Below, piece by piece: positions 36,640 through 49,383 of a stretch of DNA of 61,767 bases (within the stretch, counting starts at the first letter, position 1; the number at the start of each line of letters is the position of its first letter). Source of the DNA: Hydrolagus affinis (lineage: Eukaryota). Both the position numbers and the translations under genes were made by a program. The notes beneath the pieces were generated by a model. It was given only the letters and a program-made list of their open reading frames with translations. It searched no databases and was not told the DNA's origin. The stretch is taken from assembly GCA_012026655.1 (NCBI GenBank), contig JAAILG010000218.1, positions 62,001 to 123,767 on the forward strand, written 5' to 3'.

Positions 36640-36912
36640 TCCCTTTCCAGCTGTCTTGGCTCTCATCATTTTATTAAACCTCTTTCTGTGCAGGCTTGTC
36701 CATAGCCCAATGACCATTCCCTGCTTTCTCCCTGTATGTTTAATGAACTCTAGAACACAAATCTCAAATTTGCCCGAAATCTCCGCCTTGCCCAGTCCTT
36801 GGCCATTTTCAGATCACAATTGAACCCTTTCCTTTCTCCCTAGCTTCAACCCCAGTGATAAGCTCCGCCACTGTTAGGGTGAAAGACACTCTATAGATGC
36901 AAGTCGTTGACG
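36640..36912 (+). mobile_element. Highly decayed L2 3' end
   Basis: CTCTAGAAC..CTCCGCCTTGCCC..TCCTTGGCCATTTTCAGATC..GTGAAAGACACTCTATAGATGCAAGTCGTTG. Confidence 0.5.
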
Positions 36913-36924
36913 ATATCTCATACT

Positions 36925-37106
36925 CAATTTACCCAGGGGACTGATGGCAGCTGGAACACATTACCAGGAAGGGTTGTTGAAGCACGAACCCTAGACTGGT
37001 TTAAGAAACAGCTTGACATTGTGATGGGATGCCAATTGGGTGGGTATTCTAGAAAGATGAGCTCAAATGGGCCAAAGGGATGCCTTCATCAAAACTAATC
37101 TTGTGA
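36925..37106 (+). mobile_element. CR1 LINE 3' end (second subfamily)
   Basis: ORF 36907-37098 contains FTQG..WNTLPGRVVEARTLDWFKKQLDIVM. Homologous copy on the minus strand at 49254-49383. Confidence 0.75.
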
Positions 37107-37639
37107 TAAGCCTGTGCAGAGTTAAGAAAATAAGGACACTTTTTTTAAAAATAAAAAGCTGTTTCTCTTTAAATTCCTCATCTCTCCCTGAGGTTTCCAA
37201 TGCTCTGGTTTTTACTGCTTTTTAAAGTTATATGAAACTGAATTTGCTTTCAGATTTGTCAATTTCTAATAACAGCTGTTACCGAGTATTGTAGCGAGTT
37301 CCTATAGTTCACTTCAACTGTATTTTGATCCTGCTGTTCCACTGCTTTCAAGTAAAACCAATCCAATTTTCTCTACAAGCATGCTGGGTAATTTCAATAT
37401 CCACATGTTTGCTATTTCACACATGTGAGAACATTTAATCCTTGGCAAAGGACCTGTTCTAGAATTTATTTCAAGATGCACTTTAGTTTCTACTAGGTTT
37501 AACATAGTTATCGAATAGAGAACTTACTATTCCGCAGTCTGCAAGACTAAAAATTGGTGTGACAAATGTATTACACAAATGCTTTGTAAAAAAAAATGGA
37601 TCATATCTATGTTGATAGCATGTCAGTTGTGTCTACGTT

Positions 37640-37900
37640 GTACACTTATAGAGGGTAGCAAGCTGTGTTTTTTTCCATTTGGGGGATTTGGGCTGGAATC
37701 CAGCCCAGGCAGACAGGGCAAAACCATCTGTCAGGTCAAAGTGTTGTATTTGAAATAAGCTAGGGCAATCTTTACCTAATTCCTTTGGATGTGGGCCCAC
37801 ACATATGATTGAACAGAATGCATCAGAAATTGGTAATGCCACTTAAAAGGAGGCTCAAAAATGGCTTGTGTGGGAAACAAAAGTTGACATAGTGCAGCAA
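37640..37900 (+). mobile_element. LF-SINE-like fragment
   Basis: GGAATCCAGCCCAGG..ACCATCTG..TTGAAATAAGCTAGG..CCTAATTCCTTTGG matches the LF-SINE B-box and body as I recall them. Confidence 0.5.
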
Positions 37901-38436
37901 ACCTCTTTCACCAGTCGCTGTGCACTGTATACTCAGCGTACCATGAGTACAATGTATAAATATTTGAAGGCTTGTTCAAGTCCCAACTATGTTCTCGTAA
38001 TGGGGTCTAAAATGTAAGTTGGGCAAAAAGCCCATATTTAACCATTTGAAACACATTCAAGTTATCTTATTGATCAAATTAGCCACCAATGAAAAGGTTC
38101 ACATATGATTCTGCAGAAACAAATTCCTGTAAGGTTCCACGTTGATAAGTATTCAATGTCATGTTGCAGTGAGGCAATCAAATTATCTCCTGCCACGCCT
38201 CCCCCACCCCCCCAAAATGTCTTGCAGCAGCCAGCGTAAACAGCAAGAAACTGAAACACAACTTAGGAATAGAATCCGGTGCAGCCAAACATTTTTAGCC
38301 CTCCTATGAGGCAGATGTACATAGCAGTCGCTTGTAATTTTATCACATTTGAGCTAGTGCAATCAATTGTGTGTGAAATAAACCCATATTATGGCAAATT
38401 TAGTTCCATACTTTCTCCTGGAGGCAATGTGTGAGC

Positions 38437-38680
38437 CTTAACTGTGAGCATTGGCAGGCTTTTCAACTGCTGCTGAAGTTATCACAGCCAAACCCAATCT
38501 TGTTCTCACCTGACGTGAATACATGGGTTCCAGGAGGATCAATTGTAGTGTCCTAATTGCTGCTCCTGGCTGAGATCAGTTAACTCAGCACAATCCAGGA
38601 ATGTAACCTGTGAGCTTCTAGCCTGTATGATTTAGCAGGACCCCAGTCACTGGATTTACCAACTGGCCTGTTGGGGAAGT
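38437..38680 (-). mobile_element. AmnSINE2-like tRNA SINE
   Basis: CATTGGCAGGCTTTTCAACTG..ATCACAGCCAAACCCAATCTTGTTCTCACCTGACGT..AATTGTAGTGTCC..GGCTGAGATCAGTTAACTCAGCACA..CTGTATGATTTAG. Confidence 0.65.
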
Positions 38681-40794
38681 CTCTCCCCAACCCCCTGAAA
38701 AAACATCAACTCACAAAAGTGGCGACTAGTTTTCGAAGGAAAGAAACACACGCGCACCTACTCACACATTCATACACACAAGCTAAATTTTGCACCACCA
38801 ATGAGACAACATATGTATTTTAGACATATTTGAATTGGGTGAACTCCCAAGGATGGAAATGAGTCACGAAAGAAAATGTAAGTCAAAAATTCCAGTGAGC
38901 TCCTGGTGCATTTGAACTCTTGCAAAATATCACCATAGGTTTACTCATATCTGCAGCATAAGAGCTATGGGCTAGATACTAATAGAAAACCGCTGCAATT
39001 TTCCATCAATGCAGAATAATATTCCCTTTATACTTAATTGTTGTTTCACTGAATTAATAATGTATAATGGTGTCCCAAAACAACAAAATAAAACATTTTA
39101 GGCTGTTTGCAGTACTTCAGATGCATGGCCTGCAGTTAGAGAAGTATTGAAAGACTCGTTTGATGTTTTCTGCCTACAGGAACTCTGGATTTCTAATCAA
39201 TTCAAATATGCATCTGGATACTAGTGACAGGAAAACTGTACAATACCTCCAGGCTAAAACACGGTGTTTTACATTACAAATACAGAGTTACAGAAAGTTC
39301 AGGCATTGAATAAGAATTTGTTTCTGCAAAGAGTTTGCAGAGATAATAGCACATTGTGCAGAGAGCTATGTTTGTATTACAGCGGAATAATGCTGTCAGT
39401 AGTAAATCGCTCCCCTATATTTCAATGCACTTTTTTTGTAAAAAAAAATCGGAGTAAAGCTAATACAGTAATTAGAAATGCGTGGACAGTTCAGATGAGC
39501 GATAGTAAGTCTCTACTGGGACAGGCTGCAGACAGAATAGGCAAAACTCCATGACTGTCTATCACAACAATTTTTAATACACAGAACAGAACATCAGCAA
39601 TGTCACAAGAAGTCTACTGCTGTGACTTGCTAAACCAAACAAGCAAGGGACAAGGATCCAAATGAAGCTATATATAGCAATGTATACATACTGAATTGCT
39701 GCACAAGAAGTTACCAGCTTATTTTATGCAGCATCCCAAAATAAACAGTAGTACATCAAAGATATAGTGTCAAAGTGCCTTTATTTCTAAAGTATTACAA
39801 GGGCTCTGCACATAATTTAAAAATTATTCTCAGTTCTTTTTACATGTTGGCTCATGCGGCAATGCCCTCACCCTGCTTCCTCATCTCAATTCTTTCCTCA
39901 GTGAGAGGCTCCCAGTTTTAGGTCACGTATTGGAGAGGAGGTAATTCCCCCAAGGCAGAAGGAAAATTAGATGCGCTCCTTTTGAACACACTTTCTAATA
40001 GGTGGTTACACAGCAACTCTAGGTGTGGGTTATTTGCATGTCGTCTTAGTTGGGATCACCAAGGCGCTTATATTGCACAAAGTGCCTTTCATGTTGGGGC
40101 AGATGTCATAAAGCACTTCACAAGATTTACAATAAAGTGTAGTGACTGTGTATTTTGGAGGTGAATCTATGTAGAGATTGTAGGAATGAAATGTAGATTG
40201 AAAAAATATTTGTGTGTAAGCATATTATGGTATGTTGGGGATGATCCAATTCATATTTGCCAAAAGCAATTTTATTGTTGCAGAAATATATTATAGGGGC
40301 CACTCTTCCGGCTACTCTGGCCTGCATTGCATGATTGCTTTCGGCTGTGTGGAGGTGGGCATGTAGTTCTGATGCCAAATATATCTATATCCCTATAACG
40401 TGCTTTTATATGACTCCCAAAGGGAACATTACGATGGGGTTACTGTTTATTTAAGCATCATGTTCAGTAAATACCATTTTGTGTATGACAAGAGCAATTG
40501 CATTGTCAAGCCCACCTACTTGACATGAATAGTAAAAATAATAACTCAACATTGTCAAAGCACAATGACAATTGGAATATCATTGAGTTTAATTTTACAT
40601 GTAGCCGTAACAACATCCTCGCTTCTTCCCTACCTTCTTGAGAGTTTTTGGCAAAAATAGTAATCAACCTTGCATTTGATTATAGTATCTTATCACACCG
40701 TTGAGACGTCTCAAAACACTTCACAGAATAAACTGTAAAGTGAATTGACTGAATGTGCTGTGGGTGAAATTACAATAGAATTTATCTCATTGCA

Positions 40795-41125
40795 AGAGTA
40801 ACAGATGGCTGATTGGTCTGACCCCATCCCTTCAGAGCTGGAACCTGCAATCAAATGAGTCAAGACCGGAGGGATTAAAACATTTTTTATTTGATGACTA
40901 TAGGTTTTATCTGGATTCATCTCACGCAGACCCAACCTAATTCTGAGCAAGCATGGACTCAGCACAAAGCTACCCATATACATGTAGTTGGTAATCAAAC
41001 TCAGGATTGTTGGGATGCTAAAATAAAGGTTCACACTGGTCAAGGGCAGAGAATGGTGTACTAGGGTTGGTATTGAGGCAAATTATTGCAGAAGAATAGA
41101 GGGAACTTTACTCAGTGTTTTCATA
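40795..41125 (+). mobile_element. LF-SINE-like, decayed
   Basis: CCTAATTCTGAG..CAGCACAAAGCT..GTTGGTAATC..GGTATTGAGGCAAATT..AGAGGGAACTTTACTC, collinear with the copy at 761-1227. Confidence 0.45.
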
Positions 41126-41159
41126 AATGTGGCATTACTGTAATGGGTCACTGCTTGCA

Positions 41160-41350
41160 CCCTCCGCTCAGCAGGCTCTGGCCTGCTCCATTTCCCCCAA
41201 CCCACCAGTCCCATTGGTCAACCCAAATCCCTCCCTTTCCCTCCACCCTCCCTGTCCCCAGCTCGGGTCTGAAACAATGACTGTCCAGCACCTTGGGATG
41301 TCCTCCTGACGTGAAAGGCACTACACAAGTGTAATTTTGTTGTTGTTGTT
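41160..41350 (+). mobile_element. L2-type 3' end with (TTG)n tail
   Basis: CCCTCCACCCTCCCTGTCCCCAGCTCGGGTCTGAAAC..CCTTGGGATGTCCTCCTGACGTGAAAGGCACTACACAAGTGTAATTTTG(TTG)n. Same family as 2261 and 27758. An inverted partner lies at 41453-41511. Confidence 0.8.
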
Positions 41351-44082
41351 ATTGAGATCTTAACCATGTAACCTGTTTGGGTCTCCTTAAGTTAATTATG
41401 GTATAGTGCATATTCTCACAGTATTTGTAAACCCAGTGATGGAAGACCACCACAAGAACAAAATTACATTGGTACAGTGTCTTTCACGTCAAGAGAATGT
41501 CCCAAGGTGCTGAGTAGGTCAATTTATAGCATATTTGATCATGCTCTTGTGCCAATAGCTATTAAATATCTTCCCTTTTCTGTTTTCTTGGAGCTTAAAT
41601 GTGTATCTGTTGGTGAATTCTGAATTTAATGAATTGTTAGCTGATAAAATCGATGATGAAAAAAATTCATATACTGTACTTCAGGTGAAACTTCTTTGTT
41701 GCAGGAGAGGTATGCTGGTATTCATCCCAACTAAAGAAGGTTAACAGGTCCTGTGATACCAGTTGGAACAATAGGTTTTAGAGCTGGAGCAGACCTCATA
41801 AGAAATGGGGTCAAAAGATAGCCTAAGGAAACAGCATGGCCGGAGGGAAACTGAAGAATCTTCTCTCTAATGGTGCAGTCATTCCTTCACTATTAGATTC
41901 CTTCAATGTATTAACAAGAAATAATATCTGGGGATATAAAAAACACTTTCCCATTAGGACCAATTCTTCATTCGGATATCAATTTCAGTCACCAGAATGC
42001 TATCTCACACATGTATTGGACAGGGACCTAATGGTGACCACTGGAGAGATTAACAAAGCATCCATAGCTTTCAATGGAAAGCACAGGATGCACTGGATAT
42101 CCTGAGCAAAGACAAACCCAACTAAAACAGGTACAAGAGAGACCCATTATTTTGCAGGCCTAGGATTTCAAAGCAACATAAAATTGGAAAGTCATCAGCT
42201 TCTAACGTCAATTTTATAAACACACTGTGAGAGATGTTTTTTTCTTCTGGCATTTGAACTGTTTACATATGTGCCTACATCTGCTGAATAGCATTCTAGA
42301 TTATGCAGCTCCATGACTTAAGTAATGATTCTCTGATTCAATAAACGGTGCAGGCGTTTACTAATAGTGTTATCTATTTCTCACTATACTCAACAGGATA
42401 CAGAGAGGGGAAAGCAGGGAAAGATTAGGCATTATGTGAAGGTCAGATCAATTCTTCAACTACATTATTTGGCAGGTCAACTCCACACCACCTCAAGGTG
42501 GAATTCCAGATGTTAATCAATGAGAGAAGAGTTCCGGAACAAGTACTTTGAGACATGCTTATTGACATGAAAGGTGTTAAATAAATGTAAATTATATTGT
42601 ACAGTATCCCCAATTCCCTAAATCACACATTTTGAACTGAAAAAAAATGTTGAACTTAAAATAAGTAATCTTGCTAGTGAGCAAAAAGGAAGTGTCTTCA
42701 GAAAAAATTCCAAGCTTCCCCAGTTCACAGTCTAGGCCACCATTAAGCCAACCCCTAATTTCACTTGAGATACAGAGTAGGATGGATGAGGCAGAATCTA
42801 TATTGTCCAGCAAGAGGGAACTGAACAAATATCTTAACAGTGTCAGCTGAATGGGTAATGGGGAAAAGGCATGGGTTTCTACTTCACTGTATTTTTTTTA
42901 ATGTTTCTACAGGTATTGTCATGCTGTTTTACATAGTGTATATAATTCAGCTCCTTGGCAAAATAAATCCTTATCGATTTATAAATTTCATTTATAAATG
43001 AAATCTTGTTAATTTTTTTTAAAAAAAGTAGACATGCAATAAGCTCTGAGATAAGTTTGTGCTTGTAATTGTGTTGAAGTTTCTTCGTAAAAAACAAATG
43101 AGTAACATTGCAGATAGTGCAATTTTCTCAGAGCACTAAACACACAAAAATTATATTTGAACAATGAGAAATCCCTCCAGAGGCCTAGCAGAAGATCATA
43201 AATTGTTTGCCTGCGTTGAATGAGTTTGCACCACTAGATGAAGTGACAGCTGCCAAACCTTTTGTTCATGTACAATGAAGTTCTCACAAAAATACAAAAA
43301 AAACATTGGGTGCAGTGTAACAAGCAGAACTGAAATCTCATCAATTATTATATGCGCTGTGTTTTTGTCTTTGAAAAATAGAGTAAATTGGCAAAAGGTA
43401 GGAAGGTGGCTGTTGTCTGCTGAATCTCTACCTGAAGTCAGTGGCATCAACTCTTTAGTGTACTGCACACTTGCTGTGTAGCCATTAGATGAAAGAACCC
43501 ATACCTGTCAAACAAACTGCTAGAACTGTGATAAATTAATGATCAAAATGTTACATTCTGATATACAGGAGCTGTGCTGCGGCTAGTTACAGCAAGACCT
43601 AGCGTTCCTAAAATGTGGCTGACATAAAAAAAATCACCATTAATGCAATGGAAACAGAAGGAATACTTACTGAGGAAGACAAAAGGGGCAAAGAAATAGA
43701 CGTAGTTATTCCCTTGGCTTCTGTTTGCAGTGTGAATACTTTAATAACCTCAGTCTTTTTTTATTTTCCAGAATGTGATATATCTAAATTATTAACAACC
43801 GTGTATGGATTTAATGGTTAAAATATGTTTATTCATACTTTTCCCAGTTGTGATTGAACATAATTAAATATATGGGAAAATTATTATATAAATAAAAAGC
43901 TTAGCCTAAAAATAAGTGAATTAGTGGAGAAGGTTGCAATTTTCAGTGTGGTAGTGTCTTTTTACAACCCTTATTATAAAGTATCAACCCTTTATCCCTT
44001 TATCAACCCTGGTTACTCTATATCATCTGAGTATCTATGTTTTAAATTAAGTTAATTGAACTCAAGCAACATGTATCAACAG

Positions 44083-44463
44083 TGTCAGTTTGGCTCAGTT
44101 GGTAGAACTCGTCTCTAAATCAGAAGGTTGTGGATTCAAACCCGACATCGAGTCTTTGATCTCACAATCTAGACAATCTAGACACTCCAATACAGAGCTT
44201 GGAGAGTACTGCACTGTTGGATCTATTGTCCTTTAGATGAGCCATTAAACCAAGTTCCTGTTTGCCTGTTCAGGTGGGTGTTAAAGATCCTGCGGCACCA
44301 TTTGATGAAAGAAATGGGAGTTTCTCTCGATCTCTTGGCTAACAATTTCCCAAATAAAATTAGTCATTCACTTCATGGCTGCTTATAGGTTTTGCTGCGT
44401 CCAAATCAACTGCTACATTTCAACAACATGGTAAGGCTTTATATCAAATGCAAGTTTACTGTT
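44083..44463 (+). mobile_element. Full-length tRNA-Deu SINE
   Basis: A box TGGCTCAGTTGG and B box GGATTCAAACCC, then Deu core (GCACTGTTGGA..TTTAGATGAG..TTAAACCAAG..CAGGTGGGTGTTAAAGATCC) and tail TATATCAAATGCAAG. Confidence 0.85.
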
Positions 44464-47400
44464 ATCATAGAGTATAATAATATTACTTGTTATTTCTATT
44501 CTTTTAATAGTAATGTGATGAGTGCTTTGTGTTAGCAAAATCTAAGTCTGTATAATGACATTTAAGTAGAGTACATCTGGGTTATTAATTAATACTGTAA
44601 AATATTCATAAGCAATTACTGTAGCTTACAGTTTTACCGATGTAACTGTTCTGTTGCCAGATATTTCTGTCGTGGAATGTATCCTAAGAGGGTTTTCCTT
44701 TTTACTCTGAATTCACCGATTTGTTTTTCATATTCATATTTTATTACTATTATTTATTTAGACAGGATTGTTAGGATTCTTGCATCTTGCCACATTTGAG
44801 ATGGAGAATCAAGTGAAATTACCTCTGGTTTCTAGCAGTAAAATCAGCTTGGCAGTTACATTACCTGGTTGAATGTTTAACCTATCCTACGAAACACATA
44901 TGACTATTCTTCGCAGTAATACCTGTGAAAAGTTTTGATACACTCTCCTGCAGTGAAAAGTGCTTAATCCAATGCAAGGATTATTAATAATATTATCAAA
45001 TTGAATGTATGAACATCTTAATAAATCTAAATATATGTTTGTAATATTAAATATGGATCCTCCAATTCAGCAAAGATGCAACTGGCCTCCATTTAGCTAA
45101 AATTTCATGTAAAAAGGCCACTTTCAGTGGGACACCAAGAAACTTTTTTTTATATCAGGTAACAAAATGGAGAGAAAACATAATTTGAAGTTCACTGTGT
45201 TAAATGTTGGGTAATGTATCAAGAAAATCTGAACTAAAGATTAAGCCACATGGCATTATTGATGAATGCTCCAGGTATCAAATATTCTTCAATATTCAAA
45301 GCTTGGGATACAAATCTCAGCATTGCAAACCCTGAATATCAAGAGCAGTCATTTTATACATTGCCTCATTTGAAAAAAAACTTGTGTCACCAGTGTTTTG
45401 TAAAATTGGATACAAATATTTGATTATATGCAGAAAGTTGTGATTTCAAATTCTATTGATGAAATCTATCAAATCTTGTGTCAACATCTGAACTGTTTGG
45501 ATCCAGAAATGTTGTTGTTGTTGCAAAACTTAACATGGACCATTGAAAACATTTATGACGGTGCAATTTAGTAACTTTAGTTGCTTTTTCCTGGAGATCA
45601 GATGAGAATTGCTGAAGGGGGATACTTCAGATAGTTTTAGAATCCATGTTAGAATCCAATGTTATTCAGTGAATAAAAGCAGCACTGCACCTTCCAAGTT
45701 ACTTGGGCATTCTATCCTCAATTTCAAAAGCCACCATGATCTCACCCCATGTAATGTGGTGACTTAATGTGACTCCACACCTCGGTTACTCTTTTTGCTT
45801 AGAAAATACTGTACTGGCTCGCTTCACATCCCCTGCTCCACAACTGTCGTTCTGGAGGTAAAAGTATGCAGTTTCAGTTATTGTTTTAAAGTGGGAACAT
45901 TTTTCAACAGCTCACAACAAACTATCCAACCTTATTATAAGCCTTCCAGAGAGTGTTCTCTCTCTAAGTGGTGAAAAGCTGACTTTTCTGGACTGCATTT
46001 ACAAACCACTAGCAACTGTGCAACACCTCATTATAAACATCAAGATGTGTGACTCTGAAGGACCATCTTTAATAACAGTGAATGTGACGATTTTTTATAA
46101 CTTATGGGATACAAAGACAGGCAGGTTCACAAACACTTAAGTTGTTAGGTTTTCACTTGATAACTGAAAAAGCTTTCTTGAGATGAAGGTAAGTTTGATT
46201 GTGTAGCAGATTTACATTAGGGCCTGTCAGGAATCAAATCAGTTTCTTCCAACATCACATTGGTTTGTAATGTTGAGAACTAATAAGTCTGTTATTAAAT
46301 CATAAAGCTTCAAAAACTAGAGAACGTGCTATTTGCTAATTTATGCCACTCCCTGTTGTTATTTGAATTACTATGTGACCTGCGTTGCCACCAGTTGAAC
46401 ATACTCTTGTGAAGAACACAGCTGTCAGTGATAATCATCATGGTGAGCAAAGGAAATGAGGAGACATCAGCAGAGCAGGGTTACTCATATAAGCAACACA
46501 AGTATATGGATAAACGGATTGCTACTCTCAAAACAAATAGGACTCTACTTTCTCTCCCAAAGCCCAACTGTGATTGGAACTCCTCATCACAAAGGGTCAG
46601 CAGGGAACCCCAAATTGCAAGTATCACGATGATACTGGAATGATGTAGGGAACCTTTGCATCTGACTCTCGTCCTCTGTTTTAATGTGGAAACTCCTGAT
46701 GGTTTGAAGTGAACACTTGGGTGGAAAACACTCAGAACATATGCTACTTCCATCTGTGCTATGAAAGAAAATGGGTTGGCCTGAAGTTGGCAATCAGGGT
46801 ATGAATGGAAGGCAAATGTTATGCTCTTGGGGCATAAACCACAAACACAAATAGAGAATTGGATTATTTTTGTCAGATGCAGCTCAAAAAGCTCCAGAGA
46901 ACTATAAATCCATTAGCAATCAATTTTTAATTGCCCATTTTAAAGCAAGCTCAATGACTACAGCTCCCGTTTATGCTTGGAATTAGAGCACTCTGTTTCT
47001 GCTTCATGACTTATTAAAAATAATCCACACAGCACCTGAAAGAGATTTCTTCTAAATTTTGTCTACAAAATTGCACAAGTCACTAGACTTTATGGCATAG
47101 CCGCGTGGGTGCTATTTACAGTATATCCTGTGAAGTGCTTTGAGATGTCTCAATGATGCAGAAAGGTGCTATATCAAATGAAATGATTATTATTTATAAT
47201 AAGTACTTTGAAATGGTCTCCTGACATGAAAGGGTATTGTTATCAAATGCAAGGATATTCTCAGCATATTATACAAGAGAGTAGACTACCCATGGTGAAA
47301 ATTAGCAAAAGTAAAATTGATCGAGTACGAGGACATTTATAAGAGCAAAATTTGTAAGAAATTTGAAGTGATTTTAAGAAAGTTTATAGCAATGGGTTAA

Positions 47401-47663
47401 TGTTTTCTTTAAGAAGATGCTTAAGATATTTGGTACATCTAAAATACGAGGACTTTCTTCATTGTAATAATCCTTTTGTTCAGATTCTGAACCTATTATA
47501 ATAAGTATTATTATTATTATTACTATAGGTGCAAAGTGACTGAGCGCAGCACTGTATTATGTGAATTCTAATTTTAAAGCTGAGCATTTCAATGCCGGTT
47601 TGAAGCCGAAATTAATGGGGACAATTTTAATTTATCTTAGCATCCATGGTTAACAGGGGAAGA

Positions 47664-48290
47664 AGAGCAACAATAACAACACCTTGCATTGATATTGTCG
47701 TGGAATATCACATAGGGTCGGGTCTTTGTGCGCTTAACAGTAGAAGAGCCTGACTCTGAGCCAGGGGAGGATGGAAGCGACCAAAGGCATGGTTGAAGAG
47801 GAAGTCTTCATGCATGATTTCAAAACAGGGATGGAGGGGGCAAGGCATAGGATTGAGGGACAGACAGTTCCAAAGTTTTGGGTAGTAATGGCTGAAAGCA
47901 CAGCTGCCAATGGTGGAACAGAGAGATGATGGACAAACAGGAAGCCAGAGTCAGCCAAATGGAGCCAGCAGATACTGGAGTGGAGAGTAAGTCAGTCAGA
48001 GGGATAGGGAAGTGCTGGACCATGAAGGGATTTGTAGATGAGTGTGAGGATCCTGAAGTCTGTGACAGAGAGCCAGGCAAGGACTGGTATAATGTGGGGT
48101 ACAGAGTTTAGTGCACCTGAGTGTAAATGTGGTGGAGATATGGATTAATTGGATTTTGTGGATAGTGGAGCTGGGGAGACTCGTTTGGAGGATACTGGAA
48201 TAATTGAGACAGGACGTGATGACAGCATGGATGAGGGTTTCAGCTGCATTGGGTGTGAGGTACAAAGAATGGGGCAAACTGAGCCCAACA
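47664..48290 (-). mobile_element. L2 LINE 3' fragment (ORF2 C-terminus plus tail)
   Basis: ORF 47996-48511 contains LTPNAAETLIHAVITSCLNYSSILQTSLPSSTIHKIQLIH, the L2 AETLIHAF.TSRLDY..LPSSTLHKLQLIQN motif. Tail CAATATCAATGCAAGGTGTTGTTATTGTTG. Confidence 0.88.
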
Positions 48291-49074
48291 AGTAGTACAG
48301 TGAGCAGTACTTTTAGAAAACAAAAGACAATGCAGTCAGGGAGCAAATCTGCATTGAAGGGCATGACACCGAATGACAGAGATAAAGGAATAGGTAACAA
48401 ACAGAAGAGATTATGGAAAAAGAAACATGAGCTACAGTATTTAAAAAAGAGCAACAATGAACCCATTGAAGAACTCATTGATAGGAAGCATACTGAAATA
48501 AAGTGAAACAAATAGGAATAATAGATAGTTGACCGGGGATTAAGGAATCCATGTCAAGATTTTTTGTTGAGAAGTAGTACAACATTTTAAGTCAATCAAG
48601 TGAAAACAACAGGGAACTGGATACTTGAGTTGAGCTGCTGCTTGTGTTTCTGAAGATTTGCCAAGTTTCAATGTTTGATGGATTGCCAGAAGCTGGAGTA
48701 CTGTGAAAGCTGTCCTAAAAATCCTGCTGTGCCTTGTAGGAGAAGGTTATGTTTGCTTCTGGGGATGAAGCGTGATCAACTGCTGACTGATCTGAGTTCC
48801 TGGTACCAAAGGGGAATCCGACTTAGCAATGGACTCTCAGGAATCCTGCTTTGAGGGAACTGGCAACTTTGACACAATAGCTGCAAAATTGACTTCGCCC
48901 ATCAAGCTGAGGAACATGTAAGCAAGCAACCCCTCCACAAGCAACCACTCCTTCATTTATGAAAAAAACCCCCACAGGTTGCCAAGATATAGATTCCTGA
49001 GGAACTCCAGCAATTGGTTTTATTAATCTCTGCAGCTCCAAATATCAAGCAGGAACAATTGTATTGCATTCTGA

Positions 49075-49148
49075 CAGGTTGTCCCAGCGCGTTTGGACGT
49101 CCTCCCATTGTGAAAGGCGCTGTACAAATGTAATTTTGTTGTTGTAGT
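49075..49148 (+). mobile_element. Short L2-type 3' tail
   Basis: GCGTTTGGACGTCCTCCCATTGTGAAAGGCGCTGTACAAATGTAATTTTGTTGTTG. Confidence 0.75.
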
Positions 49149-49253
49149 TAATCTATTCACTTTCCTGACTTTCCAGTTTCCAAAACATGCAAATCTAGCG
49201 GGTGACGTTCTTCTCAACAAATGGGCTGTACAGCAGCTTAAGAAACACAGGAG

Positions 49254-49383
49254 CACAAGATTGGCTTGGAAGAAGAAGGCTCTTCCTTCAACCCACCTGT
49301 CTTCATGCCTCCAGAATACCCATCCTATCAACCTGCCATCACAATCAATATGCTTTTTAAATAAGTCCAGTGTCCTCTCAAGT
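49254..49383 (-). mobile_element. CR1 3' end, same subfamily as 36925-37106
   Basis: Translates RTLDLFKKHID. Shares GGGTATTCT and the terminal AATCTTGTG with the 37-kb copy. Confidence 0.65.

Noticed and set aside
42890-42917. Second recursive-site-like motif TTTCTACAG|GTATTG
   Set aside because: The donor GTATTG is weak compared with the GTRAGT consensus.
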